From a virus (lineage: Monodnaviria; Loebvirae; Hofneiviricota; Faserviricetes; Tubulavirales; Inoviridae), in the IMG/VR virus record IMGVR_UViG_2695420343_000001: 16,436 nucleotides of DNA; one strand, written 5' to 3'. Within the stretch, counting starts at the first letter, position 1. Every line of letters begins with the position of its first letter. The notes under the pieces were generated by a model. It ran no database searches. It saw only the letters and a list, made by a program, of their open reading frames with translations, and was not told where the DNA came from. The translations under genes and the position numbers were made by a program. Below, piece by piece: positions 6,440 to 15,796 of the stretch.

Positions 6440-7465
6440 ATGGCTATTTCTGCATATATTGGCATACCCGGCTCAGGAAAAAGTTATGAAGCCGTTTGCA
6501 ATGTCATTATTCCTGCATTTACCAGCGGCCGGAGAGTTGTGACGAACATTTATGGTTTACAAAAAGATAAAATCACCGAACGTTATCCTGATGCAACGGG
6601 AGAAATTATTGTTGTGGATAATGATGATGTGCTTAAAGCAGATTTCTTTCCTTTTAAAGGTGGGGAAGGGAGCTTTTGCCAGTTTGGTGATTTAATTGTT
6701 ATTGATGAAGCATGGCGAATCTTCGGTAGCGATAAGGATATGACGGCTGAGAAGAAATCATTTATTGCTGAACATCGTCATTTTACGCACCCTGAAACGG
6801 GTATTAGCTGTGATTTGGTTATTGTAAATCAGTCACTTTCTAATATTGCTCGCTTTCTGAAAGACAAAATAGAAACAACTTACCGGATGCGCAAGCTGAA
6901 AGCGTTGGGCCTGAATAATCATTACTGCATTGACGTATATTCAGGCCACAAAATCTATAAAAGCAACCTCGTCACCAGTTATCGCAATAAATATAACCCT
7001 GATATTTTTGAACTTTATAAAAGCTATGAAGGAAATAACGGTAATGAAAAGCAGACAGATAAACGCCAGAGCATCTGGAATTCTGGCAAAGTCAGGTTCT
7101 TTCTTGTGCTTTTTCCATTGATGTTTATCGGGTCAGGCTGGCTGATTTACTCATTTTTCAGCACGTTTGGCCGAAGCGATCCCTCGCCAGATTTGGCTAC
7201 AACAGATGTACGTGATGCGGCCATGTTTCGTTCTTCCGCTGCTACTCCAGCACCAGATACTCCCTCAGAACCAGCTGAACCGCCACTTTCAACCGAGTGG
7301 CGTATATCAGGGAGAATGACCAGTGAAGGCAGGGCGTTTGTGATTCTTGTTAACGGTGCCGGTGTTTTGCGTGCCGTTCCTGCATCCAGTTTTAATTACA
7401 AAGGGATGTTGATGAGCGGAATTATTGATGGTGAGCGTGTGACGCTTTATACGGGGAAAAAATAA
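6440..7465 (+). CDS. Zot / gpI-like assembly ATPase
   Basis: N-terminal Walker A (GIPGSGKSY). Internal TM segment (FFLVLFPLMFIGSGWLIYSFF) followed by a Pro/Ser/Ala-rich region, the typical Zot/gI topology. Confidence 0.85.
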   Translation: MAISAYIGIPGSGKSYEAVCNVIIPAFTSGRRVVTNIYGLQKDKITERYPDATGEIIVVDNDDVLKADFFPFKGGEGSFCQFGDLIVIDEAWRIFGSDKDMTAEKKSFIAEHRHFTHPETGISCDLVIVNQSLSNIARFLKDKIETTYRMRKLKALGLNNHYCIDVYSGHKIYKSNLVTSYRNKYNPDIFELYKSYEGNNGNEKQTDKRQSIWNSGKVRFFLVLFPLMFIGSGWLIYSFFSTFGRSDPSPDLATTDVRDAAMFRSSAATPAPDTPSEPAEPPLSTEWRISGRMTSEGRAFVILVNGAGVLRAVPASSFNYKGMLMSGIIDGERVTLYTGKK

Positions 7466-8709
7466 TGAAAAAGATTTTACTCGCATTAACGCTACTATTT
7501 TCTTCATGTGCTTTCGCAGGGTCAGAGCTTGAATTAAATAAAGTCAAGCTACCGGAGGCTATTTCTCTTATTTATAGTGAGGTGCTTAAAGTCCCGTATA
7601 TGCTAGATCCACAGCTTGTTAATGATGAACGAATGATTACATTCAGGTTAACACCTGATATTGATGAACGGGAATTTGTAACCCGTTATCTTGGCAATAT
7701 GAACATTCGAATATGGACGAAAAAGGGTGTTGATTTTATCGCGCCCTATACGCCGAAAGAGCCGGTTAAGCCACGTTATACATGGACTTATACGCCTCAG
7801 TACCGTTCTGTTGCCTACCTGTCTGATATTCTTGGCGGCTACGTTTCAGGCTCCTTCAATAACAGTGGAGCCGTGATTTCTGACGATTCGCTAAAAGGTT
7901 CATCAGGGGCAAGCAACTACATCAATCGAACCGGTGATATTCTGGTTTATTATGGTACGAAAGAGGATATCGCCATCCTGAAAACACTGGTCACTTCGCT
8001 GGATACGATGAGTGATGAAGTGGTTGTTTCTGGTTATGTTTTTGAGGTTCAGACCTCGCAGTCTGACGGCTCCGGCATTCTTTTAGCGGCTAAAATTCTG
8101 TCTGATAAATTCAATATTTCAGTTGGTGCTGCCGGACTGGATAATTTTATCAATATTCGAACCGGCTCCATTGATGCCATTTTCAATCTGCTTAAAACCG
8201 ACAGTCGTTTTACTGTTGTCAGTGCGCCACGACTGCGGGTAAAAAATAATGCCTCAGCGTCTTTTTCAGTCGGCTCTGATGTGCCAGTACTGGGCAGTGT
8301 TACGGTGAATAACAATACGACCACGCAATCCGTTGAATATCGTTCCAGCGGTGTTTTGTTTAACGTAACGCCATCAATCAAAAGTCGGACAATGGATCTC
8401 AAGATTCAGCAGCAGCTTTCCAACTTTGTGACCACTGAAACCGGCGTCAATAACTCGCCAACCCTTATCAAGCGTGATGTAACAACCGAAGTCAGCCTTG
8501 CAGATGGTGATATTATTTTACTTGGTGGCCTTGCTGAACAGAAAGACAGTAAAGCCAGTTCCGGCTGGAGCTTCTTCGGTTCCCGTACCAGTGAAAGCAA
8601 CAAGACTGATATTATGGTGATGCTTCAGGTCAGAAAGGTTGACCGGAGCAGGGCGACGCCCCGCAGCGCCGCGAGGAGCGGTGAACTGTTCCGGGACAAC
8701 CTGAACTGA
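7465..8709 (+). CDS. Secretin (gpIV-like outer-membrane channel)
   Basis: Start overlaps the gI stop (TAATG coupling). Signal peptide MKKILLALTLLFSSCAFA. C-terminal secretin-like region (…VPVLGSVTV…DGDIILLGGLAEQKDSK…). Confidence 0.85.
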   Translation: MKKILLALTLLFSSCAFAGSELELNKVKLPEAISLIYSEVLKVPYMLDPQLVNDERMITFRLTPDIDEREFVTRYLGNMNIRIWTKKGVDFIAPYTPKEPVKPRYTWTYTPQYRSVAYLSDILGGYVSGSFNNSGAVISDDSLKGSSGASNYINRTGDILVYYGTKEDIAILKTLVTSLDTMSDEVVVSGYVFEVQTSQSDGSGILLAAKILSDKFNISVGAAGLDNFINIRTGSIDAIFNLLKTDSRFTVVSAPRLRVKNNASASFSVGSDVPVLGSVTVNNNTTTQSVEYRSSGVLFNVTPSIKSRTMDLKIQQQLSNFVTTETGVNNSPTLIKRDVTTEVSLADGDIILLGGLAEQKDSKASSGWSFFGSRTSESNKTDIMVMLQVRKVDRSRATPRSAARSGELFRDNLN

Positions 8710-8797
8710 TTGTATGGATTTTTATTATGGCGTTAACTTTTATGGGGTATAAACAGTACGACATCTTCTAGGTATTCAGTTACTTAGAGGATTTATT

Positions 8798-9046
8798 ATG
8801 TCTGTAAAAAATAAGGCGCGTGACCGACTTCCCGGTGGCCGCCTTAAGTCTTATCGTCGTGTAGGTTCACATTTTGCCAGTTGTGCCAGATGGTTTGATA
8901 AATCGCCGTCCTGGTATCGCAATATGATGATGACCAGGCCTGAGCGCCGTGAAGTCAGAAGGCTTCTCAATCAGGTAATGCGTGGTCATGATGCTGACGG
9001 CATTGCTTTTCCGGTCAGTCATCGTCCGTTTGTTTATTGGTGGTGA
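8798..9046 (+). CDS. Hypothetical small basic protein, 82 aa
   Basis: ORF with a good RBS (GAGGA about 7 nt upstream). Arg-rich with a Trp-rich end. Lies in the GC-richer tail after the secretin. Possibly a small regulator, but no family recognised. Confidence 0.4.
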   Translation: MSVKNKARDRLPGGRLKSYRRVGSHFASCARWFDKSPSWYRNMMMTRPERREVRRLLNQVMRGHDADGIAFPVSHRPFVYWW

Positions 9047-9069
9047 ATTTCGTACGCACGAAATTTCAC
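9043..9069 (+). other. Imperfect hairpin directly after the 82-aa ORF (candidate origin or packaging-signal structure, or terminator)
   Basis: GTGAATTTCGT … ACGAAATTTCAC: about 11 bp of stem with a 1-nt bulge and a 4-nt loop. Not followed by a T-tract on the plus strand. Confidence 0.3.
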
Positions 9070-9191
9070 GCATAAACACCAGACAAAAAATCGTTAACTG
9101 TCTGTTTTGAAAGATAACGCCGGTCAGTGACAAAACTTGTTTTGTTGCTGTCCGGGGTTGGCCAAGCCGTACAGTTTCCATTTTCAGCGTT

Positions 9192-9440
9192 ATGGCTGAT
9201 TCGGCGCGGCAGCATTCATCGGGGCTTATCATGGAAAAATTCATGACACATCAGGAGCTGAAAGTGATGCTTCTCAAAGATCCAGCATTCCGGGCTGCTT
9301 ATGAAGCTGAGAGCCAGAACCCGCAATCCGGTTACCAGATTATCCGGCATCATGGTGATGGCACTGAAGAAGTGGTGTTTGATTCTCGTGTATCAGGTAC
9401 AGATTTACCAACTAACTGGATGAACAGGCCTGATTGGTGA
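9192..9440 (+). CDS. Hypothetical small protein, 82 aa (start may be an internal ATG)
   Basis: ORF from the track. Segment ELKVMLLKDPAFRAAYEAE resembles the N-terminal motif I associate with some XRE-type antitoxins, but no HTH follows. Overlapped by an antisense ORF, so coding status is uncertain. Confidence 0.3.
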   Translation: MADSARQHSSGLIMEKFMTHQELKVMLLKDPAFRAAYEAESQNPQSGYQIIRHHGDGTEEVVFDSRVSGTDLPTNWMNRPDW

Positions 9441-9580
9441 GGTCAGGCCGTTCACTTACTGCTGACAGACATTTGATTCTGATTCGTTTGGAGAAACGGA
9501 TGATTTTGAATCACTGTCGATAGTAGCCAGTTGACGGCCAGTGTCAACGATTCCCGCCAGATTCTGCCATCCTTACCATT

Positions 9581-9613
9581 GGTGCGCATAATGTACGACT
9601 CGTTATGTTGAAA
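9581..9613 (+). other. dif-like site at the copy 1 / copy 2 junction (same as 224-256)
   Basis: Identical sequence at offset 9357. Confidence 0.6.
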
Positions 9614-9614
9614 A

Positions 9615-9646
9615 GGCCGCTGCGAAAATCGAATCCCGCAGCGGCC
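9615..9646 (-). terminator. Hairpin / terminator (same as 258-289)
   Basis: Identical sequence at offset 9357. Confidence 0.5.
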
Positions 9647-9647
9647 T

Positions 9648-9674
9648 CTTTAGCATAACGTCATTATGCGAACC
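9648..9674 (-). other. Inverted dif-like site (same as 291-317)
   Basis: Identical sequence at offset 9357. Confidence 0.45.
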
Positions 9675-9676
9675 AA

Positions 9677-10048
9677 TTATAGTTTATTCGTAACCAGCAT
9701 TTTTTCAGTCGCTATACCACCATGGATAAATCCATATTGGAGCAACCATTTTTGTAATGCGTTCACATCTTGGAATAACGCTTCAACACCACTAGACTTT
9801 GATAGATAAGCAGCAAGATTTCTCTCTGTGCTTTCAAATGGGTCATCAACTTCCATATTAGGATTATTATTGATAAATACGTACTCACCACTTTCATTTT
9901 TTTGTATTGATGCGCTATCAATTATAAGGCTAATGTGTTCATTTATTGCATTAAGCGCTTCAAATTCAATCGTATATGGAAAGTTTCTTAAATAGTGGCT
10001 TCTGATTATGTCGTATATTCCTTGACGGCTATAAAGTTGATTTTTCAT
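9677..10048 (-). CDS. Hypothetical soluble protein, 123 aa (copy 2)
   Basis: Translation identical to 320..691. Confidence 0.65.
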   Translation of the reverse strand: MKNQLYSRQGIYDIIRSHYLRNFPYTIEFEALNAINEHISLIIDSASIQKNESGEYVFINNNPNMEVDDPFESTERNLAAYLSKSSGVEALFQDVNALQKWLLQYGFIHGGIATEKMLVTNKL

Positions 10049-10093
10049 CCTTACTCCTCTACTTGTTTTGCTTCGATATAAAGTGTATTTAAA

Positions 10094-10561
10094 TCAATAT
10101 GTTATATGTAAAACAATTTCATTATCATCCTTGAAATCGTCATCCCACATTAGTCTTACAGTAAATTTCCTTGCTCGACCTAACTCTCCTGACGCAATGA
10201 GATCGACTGGTTGATCTGTCGCGAGATACTCAAGCGGAAATTTGCTTTTAACGTCACTCATTGATACTGGTGAATTATTATCGGGAAATTCTATTCTTAC
10301 ATTTTTCGCAGAAACCTTCCCTTTATTAATAACTCTTAGTTTATATTCTCTATTTCCTACAGAGACCATGCTTGCACTAATATCAGCTTTCTTTGAACTT
10401 TCCAACTCATTTTTTTCTTTAGTAAGTTGGAGATTCGTTAACCTTTCTTGCGCTTCTATTAACGCTTTTTGTCTTTCATTGAACTTTACGGTTTTAATTG
10501 TTGCATAGATTGAGAGAAAAAACGCCAAACCACCAAACACATCGCCAAGAGATACTGTCAT
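10094..10561 (-). CDS. Hypothetical membrane-anchored protein, 155 aa (copy 2)
   Basis: Translation identical to 737..1204. Confidence 0.65.
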   Translation of the reverse strand: MTVSLGDVFGGLAFFLSIYATIKTVKFNERQKALIEAQERLTNLQLTKEKNELESSKKADISASMVSVGNREYKLRVINKGKVSAKNVRIEFPDNNSPVSMSDVKSKFPLEYLATDQPVDLIASGELGRARKFTVRLMWDDDFKDDNEIVLHITY

Positions 10562-10672
10562 TATTTAACCCTTATATGTTTTGACTTACTCTCTATAGTT
10601 GATTGCTATTTAACCGCTTGCGGTTCGGGGTTCAGTGACACCCGAACTTTACCGTGGTTTCCCGCGGCGGAG

Positions 10673-11095
10673 TTACCAGTAATATGACTTTCTTCTGTGC
10701 CACCAATAAAGTAGGCCGTATCCGACGATAAGAATCCCGAAGAACATCAGCGACATTCCCCAGCCAGTTCCGTACCACGAAACCATATCATCGAAAACTA
10801 ACCCGCCCATTTCACGAACTCCGGCTGCTTCCTTAAGAATTGGTTTGAATACCGGAATCAGAAGGGCGATCGCAAGTGGAGCACCCCAGCGAACAAGACC
10901 AGTTTCCATTTTGATCCCGAAAAAGATCCCCGCACCGACAACAAGCAACCAGACTATCAGGCCAGGCGCAGTTTCCAGTGCTGTTTGCCATTCAACATCG
11001 AAAGTTTTCATTAGCCAGGCAACAACTGCCAGACAGAAAGCAAATACGCCCACGACAACCAGTTCAACGCCGCTTGTTTCGTTATTTCTACTCAT
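10673..11095 (-). CDS. Hypothetical integral membrane protein, 140 aa (copy 2)
   Basis: Translation identical to 1316..1738. Confidence 0.65.
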   Translation of the reverse strand: MSRNNETSGVELVVVGVFAFCLAVVAWLMKTFDVEWQTALETAPGLIVWLLVVGAGIFFGIKMETGLVRWGAPLAIALLIPVFKPILKEAAGVREMGGLVFDDMVSWYGTGWGMSLMFFGILIVGYGLLYWWHRRKSYYW

Positions 11096-11194
11096 CCTTT
11101 TGATCCTTTTTCGCTATTCAAAACTCGCACAATAAAGAACGTGCAGTGTTGGTAATACTGCACGTTTGTCTCATTCCTGAGACTGTTAATCCTT

Positions 11195-11641
11195 TTACTC
11201 TTCTCCAGACACCGCTTTTTTCATAAACATTTTAGTACTGTAAGTGTATGAACTTAAGGCAGAAACCTGCCTTGCGAGTGCCAGAATATCTTGTTTTTCC
11301 AGTGTCCTGATGTTCCACACGATGAAATTATGTGCGTTAGTGGTTTCTTCATCAGTATATCCATCCGCAGAAGTGATTAGCTTCCGCTCGGTAGCTTCTT
11401 CTTTAACATCAAGAGCATAGCCATAAGCTAAGGTGTTTAAGTCTGCACCAGTAATTTTAGCTATCTGAATGATGTCACTGAATTTAGGTTCAGTTTTGCC
11501 GGACGCTATCCTGACCAGCGTACTCACGCTAATGCCAGTCTTCTCGGCCAGTTCTTCATAAGTCGAGTGTTCCAGAATTACCTTTTTGATACGTTCTGCT
11601 CTCTGTTTGTCCGCCATAACTTCATGCTCATTGTTGCCCAT
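11195..11641 (-). CDS. XRE-type HTH repressor (copy 2)
   Basis: Translation identical to 1838..2284. Confidence 0.75.
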   Translation of the reverse strand: MGNNEHEVMADKQRAERIKKVILEHSTYEELAEKTGISVSTLVRIASGKTEPKFSDIIQIAKITGADLNTLAYGYALDVKEEATERKLITSADGYTDEETTNAHNFIVWNIRTLEKQDILALARQVSALSSYTYSTKMFMKKAVSGEE

Positions 11642-11812
11642 CTACTTGGCTCCATCTTAACAGTGGTTTTTCAATAGTTAGATTTGATGCTCATTTCTGA
11701 CAATTTAAACATTGCAAATGTATTGACTGTCAGATCTGAGCATATTACATTGTGACCATTCAATCTGCTCACAAATGACTATTGACACATATTTTGATGG
11801 GTGTGACTACTT

Positions 11813-12865
11813 ATGATCGACTGGTTTACCGGAATCCTGCCTTGCACACACCGACCGTTACCGGCTGGTAGTGTCGTCAGCGTCGATGCTGACGGTGCAG
11901 TGGAGTGGGAAACAGTAAAACGGTTGACAGTTCGCGGTTCGCATGAGTCCACAATGAAAGTAAGGTCTGTTGGATCTGATGGTGAAGGTCGGGCAACACA
12001 TCTCTACATTGACGGTAATCCATCAAAGTTTTTGCAAGGTCACTCTGTTATCGGTTCCGACGATTTGCAAGGGTTGGTGTTAACAGCTTACGCCAGAATA
12101 TTGGCATTACTGCATATTCCTCATGATCTACCATCCTATCGGCAGGTCATGGAAGGGCAATTTAAGATCTCGCGCATCGATATCAATTACATGTATTCAT
12201 TGTCAACATTAGAAAATGTCCGCGCATGGTTATATGCCGCAGAATTTAAAGCTAAAACTCGCCACGGTCGCGCCTGTGGTAAAGGTGGCACTGTTTACTT
12301 AGGGAAAAACTCCCGTCGTTGGAGCCTGAAATTTTATTCAAAATATGATGAGCATACATCTGGCAAAAAAGGGCACCAGATGGCAGACGAATTCGTTAAA
12401 GCTGGTTTACTGGACTGGTCAAAAGATAAATTACGCATTGAATTAACATTAAGAACAACTGAATTAATTGATTTGAATCTTACGCTTGGTAATAGCTGGA
12501 ATATTGAGACGCCCAATAAATTATTCTCTGACTATGTAGGGAGAATAGAAATGAATCAAAATACCATATTAACTGATGAAAAAATAATTAATCTCCCAAG
12601 AAAAATACAGTCTACATATTTATTGTGGAAGCAGGGCGCGAACATGAAAGAGATGTTACCGAAACCTACATTCTACCGACACCGTAAAGAATTACTTTCT
12701 TTCGGAATAGATATTAACTTTTATTGTGAGTCACCGGATTCTAATAACGTTGTTCCGTTGGTTCGTACTCTTGAAGCCAAACCAGCCAAAATTCCATCAT
12801 GGGTTTATGAGAAAGGTTTAATTTTCGATTATAACCGTATTTCACATGCCAGTAACTGGCATTAA
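11813..12865 (+). CDS. Rep_trans rolling-circle replication initiator (copy 2)
   Basis: Translation identical to 2456..3508. Confidence 0.8.
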   Translation: MIDWFTGILPCTHRPLPAGSVVSVDADGAVEWETVKRLTVRGSHESTMKVRSVGSDGEGRATHLYIDGNPSKFLQGHSVIGSDDLQGLVLTAYARILALLHIPHDLPSYRQVMEGQFKISRIDINYMYSLSTLENVRAWLYAAEFKAKTRHGRACGKGGTVYLGKNSRRWSLKFYSKYDEHTSGKKGHQMADEFVKAGLLDWSKDKLRIELTLRTTELIDLNLTLGNSWNIETPNKLFSDYVGRIEMNQNTILTDEKIINLPRKIQSTYLLWKQGANMKEMLPKPTFYRHRKELLSFGIDINFYCESPDSNNVVPLVRTLEAKPAKIPSWVYEKGLIFDYNRISHASNWH

Positions 12866-12876
12866 AGGAGAGTGAT

Positions 12877-13194
12877 ATGTCTAATTATGGTCTTTTTGTA
12901 AAAGGTAAAATGCTTGGTGCTCGCCAGCGTAATAAGGTCAATGGTCAGGGATACTATAATGAAATTGGTGTTGGCTTAGAGATTCCTGATGGTTTTGGTG
13001 GCACTAAGCAAGACCAGATTATTATTCGTGTATCTCAGGCTCTTGTTAATGCCGGTGTAATGAATCAGGCAAATAATTTTATCGGTAAGTTAGTCCAGAT
13101 ACCTGTATATGTTCGCGTCTGGTCAATGGAGGGGAGGGAAGGAGTAACTTATAACATTTCATCAGATGGCGGCATTACTGAAATAAAAGGCTGA
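12877..13194 (+). CDS. Candidate ssDNA-binding protein (copy 2)
   Basis: Translation identical to 3520..3837. Confidence 0.45.
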   Translation: MSNYGLFVKGKMLGARQRNKVNGQGYYNEIGVGLEIPDGFGGTKQDQIIIRVSQALVNAGVMNQANNFIGKLVQIPVYVRVWSMEGREGVTYNISSDGGITEIKG

Positions 13195-13196
13195 TT

Positions 13197-13448
13197 ATGG
13201 ATACATCAGGTTTCGATATTCAGTTTGATAATCATATTCCTGAAAATGGTTACCGTATTGAAGGTTATTTATGTAATGCGAACAATGCAAAAGAATGTCA
13301 GGCAATAATGGTACGTTCTGAACCATTTCATCAAATTGATTATTCTGCAATGGGAAATTACTGGACATTAGGTTTTGGCTCTGTCCTGCTGCTCTGGCTT
13401 TTTTCTGTAGGTGTGGGACAGGTAATAAAGATGGTTCGTACTGCTTGA
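13197..13448 (+). CDS. Small membrane-anchored protein, 83 aa (copy 2)
   Basis: Translation identical to 3840..4091. Confidence 0.45.
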   Translation: MDTSGFDIQFDNHIPENGYRIEGYLCNANNAKECQAIMVRSEPFHQIDYSAMGNYWTLGFGSVLLLWLFSVGVGQVIKMVRTA

Positions 13449-13482
13449 ATGCGAACCTTTAAAATGTAATGGAGATAGAGTT

Positions 13483-13716
13483 ATGTTTAAAAAAATCGTT
13501 AGTTTTCTGGCTGTACCTGCATTAATGGCTGTTTCTGGCGCGACTTTCGCTGCAGAAGGAGCGGCATCAAGTGGTGTTGATTTATCGCCGCTGACGAACA
13601 GCATTGATTTCAGTACAGTTCTGGTTGCGATTATGGCCGTTGCTGCTTCACTGGTAACACTTTATGCCGGTGTCGCTGGCGTTCGCTGGGTATTGCGTAC
13701 CGTTAAATCCGCATAA
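13483..13716 (+). CDS. Major coat protein (copy 2)
   Basis: Translation identical to 4126..4359. Confidence 0.8.
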   Translation: MFKKIVSFLAVPALMAVSGATFAAEGAASSGVDLSPLTNSIDFSTVLVAIMAVAASLVTLYAGVAGVRWVLRTVKSA

Positions 13717-13766
13717 ATTCATTATTCATGGGCGATGCAATATCGCCCGTTTTACTTGAGGTTATT

Positions 13767-13850
13767 ATGGAGATTGAATTATGGAAATTGGGTTCCCTTT
13801 TATGGGGGATCGTCTCAGCTTATGTCGTTATTCTTGGGCTAAGAGGCTGA
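13767..13850 (+). CDS. Small hydrophobic 27-aa ORF (copy 2)
   Basis: Same sequence as 4410..4493. Confidence 0.3.
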   Translation: MEIELWKLGSLLWGIVSAYVVILGLRG

Positions 13851-15493
13851 CGGTTTATTCCTTTATTTTTTCCTTTCTCTGGGTTTCCTTTCCCCGATAT
13901 TCATATTCATTTGTACCAGCAATTGCAGCAGTGGCTGCGCGGGCTGTTATTCCTAAAGTCGTTGGCCGGGTGCTTGTTCGTCGCTTTGCTGCCAATGATG
14001 CGATTTATACGGCATCACAGCTTACAGCAACCCGTGTTTTTGTTGGCCGCGCTGCGGCTAATGCTGCCGAATACTTGCCTGCTGCCTCATCATACAAAAT
14101 GAGCGGTGTTGCAACGTGGGCGGGTATTGCTGCTGCTGTATCATCTTTTGTTCCGTCTTCTTTGAGTTCATCTGACGGCTCGGTAATGGTAATGACTAAC
14201 GGTAAAAAGATTTCCGATAATTTATATGAAGTAACGTACAGTGGTCAAAGTGGTGAAAGTAAGACGATAACCGTTAATTTTGAACCACAGGAATTAAGTC
14301 CGGTAATCCTTCATGTTAGTCGTAATAATGTGGATGCGGGTTCTCCAGTTGTAGGTGTTGAAACAGGATATTCCACGCCAGATAATGCGCTTTATTATTA
14401 TCAGGATTCGAAAGAGCTAATTTATTACTATGGTGATAATCCAACTGAAATTGCCAGAAATTATCTTAATGACTATAACTCGCGTACTTATACTGAAACA
14501 CTAACGAATTTTGAACGCACTGTGACGAATAAAGTTGTCAACAGTAATGGAGATGTATCCTTTACTGAACAGAATTATAAGTTTACTTATCCTTCCTCAT
14601 TTTATGAAATACCTGAGATTACACACTTGTATAGCAACCCGGCCGCATCTTCATTTCCCGCAGGTATTCCCATGTATGAAAATGTAGCAGGGCTTCCCAT
14701 GTATTACAGCGTTGCTTATTTAACAGCAGGCAAGCAATATCAGTATCACAACACGCCTTGTAAAACGACTAATCAGTCAAATGGTGGATATTCGACGATT
14801 TGCGCCGTTCCTGAAAAAGAGGATTACACCGCAAAAGATATTGATGAAAAGAGTGAGCTTACTATCTGGACCAATACCAAATATAAAGCCATGACGGAAG
14901 TACTGGAGGCCGGAAATATTGAGTCCATGATTGATTATCTGGAGTATCTTGATAGTGTTAGTGTATCGCCAGCACTTCTTGCCGACATGATTAACGAGCT
15001 GTGGTCTGAAGCTGCCGTTAATGCCGATTATAACGGCTTACCGTTTAAAGAGGTTTCACCGGCTGAAGTAACTTCTGCGATGTCGGAACTTAGGCTATCT
15101 CCAACGTTATTAGATATGCTTTCACCTGTATCTGACAGTGCGGGGGCTGACGTCAATATTGATATTACCATTAATAACAACTCAGGGTCTGACACTGGAA
15201 ATAATGGCAATATAGATTTGGGAGAAGATCCCGGTGTAAAAGAGCCTGAGCTTGAAGAAACGCCAACGGCAAGAGATATTTTAACGCCAATTATTAACTT
15301 GTTGCCTTTTACAAACGAATTTAACATCGGCTCTCGTTCAGCATCCTGCCCCGTTGTTGAATTCAGCGTGTTTAATCACCAGTACAGAATTGACTCCCAT
15401 TGTCCGTTAATTGAGCAGAACAGAAGCGCCGTAGAAACCATATTTCTGATTATATGGGGATTTGTTGCGCTCCGTATTATTCTGAGTGCCTAA
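13781..15493 (+). CDS. gpIII-like adsorption protein (copy 2)
   Basis: Translation identical to 4424..6136. Confidence 0.7.
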   Translation: MEIGFPFMGDRLSLCRYSWAKRLTVYSFIFSFLWVSFPRYSYSFVPAIAAVAARAVIPKVVGRVLVRRFAANDAIYTASQLTATRVFVGRAAANAAEYLPAASSYKMSGVATWAGIAAAVSSFVPSSLSSSDGSVMVMTNGKKISDNLYEVTYSGQSGESKTITVNFEPQELSPVILHVSRNNVDAGSPVVGVETGYSTPDNALYYYQDSKELIYYYGDNPTEIARNYLNDYNSRTYTETLTNFERTVTNKVVNSNGDVSFTEQNYKFTYPSSFYEIPEITHLYSNPAASSFPAGIPMYENVAGLPMYYSVAYLTAGKQYQYHNTPCKTTNQSNGGYSTICAVPEKEDYTAKDIDEKSELTIWTNTKYKAMTEVLEAGNIESMIDYLEYLDSVSVSPALLADMINELWSEAAVNADYNGLPFKEVSPAEVTSAMSELRLSPTLLDMLSPVSDSAGADVNIDITINNNSGSDTGNNGNIDLGEDPGVKEPELEETPTARDILTPIINLLPFTNEFNIGSRSASCPVVEFSVFNHQYRIDSHCPLIEQNRSAVETIFLIIWGFVALRIILSA

Positions 15494-15505
15494 AGGAGTG
15501 CAACT

Positions 15506-15793
15506 ATGTTTGGGATTCTGATTAGTGCATTAAATACTTTGTTAGGTTTTGTATTCCGGTCATTGATTATTAAATTCGTCGTATTCTTTGCGCTGTATTT
15601 TGTAGTCCAGGGCTTCGTTGAAATCCTTGTTGAGTTACTGCCAGATTCAAGCAATCTCTCATCGCTGTTTGCCAATTTATCAGACGGATTCTGGTACTTC
15701 ATTAACCTGAGTAAATTACCACAGGGGATTAGTATGATTATCTCCGCAATGGCTACTCGTTTTATTATTCGACGTATTCCTGTTATAGGGTGA
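15506..15793 (+). CDS. gpVI-like minor coat protein (copy 2)
   Basis: Translation identical to 6149..6436. Confidence 0.6.
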   Translation: MFGILISALNTLLGFVFRSLIIKFVVFFALYFVVQGFVEILVELLPDSSNLSSLFANLSDGFWYFINLSKLPQGISMIISAMATRFIIRRIPVIG

Positions 15794-15796
15794 GTT

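Larger units (their letters stand above)
222..9578 (+). mobile_element. Filamentous prophage, complete unit (copy 1)
   Basis: Gene order repressor(-) / Rep_trans initiator / small proteins / major coat / gIII-like / gVI-like / Zot-gI-like / secretin, bounded by dif-like sites. No integrase, consistent with host XerCD-mediated integration. Confidence 0.85.

Noticed and set aside
6133-6465. Minus-strand 110-aa ORF antisense to the gVI-like gene (also 15490..15822)
   Set aside because: Completely overlaps the gVI-like CDS on the opposite strand; the structural-module gene order supports the plus-strand gene.
6930-7121. Plus-strand 63-aa ORF in an alternate frame inside the Zot/gI-like gene
   Set aside because: Embedded in a strongly supported CDS; no independent evidence.
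7307-7507. Minus-strand 66-aa ORF across the gI/gIV junction
   Set aside because: Antisense across two coupled, well-supported genes.
8049-8603. Two minus-strand ORFs (117 aa and 65 aa) inside the secretin gene
   Set aside because: Antisense to the secretin CDS, which carries clear family motifs.
8867-9244. Minus-strand 125-aa ORF overlapping both small plus-strand ORFs in the post-secretin tail
   Set aside because: No recognisable RBS or motif and it bridges two plus-strand ORFs. Not fully excluded, since the coding status of this whole tail is uncertain.
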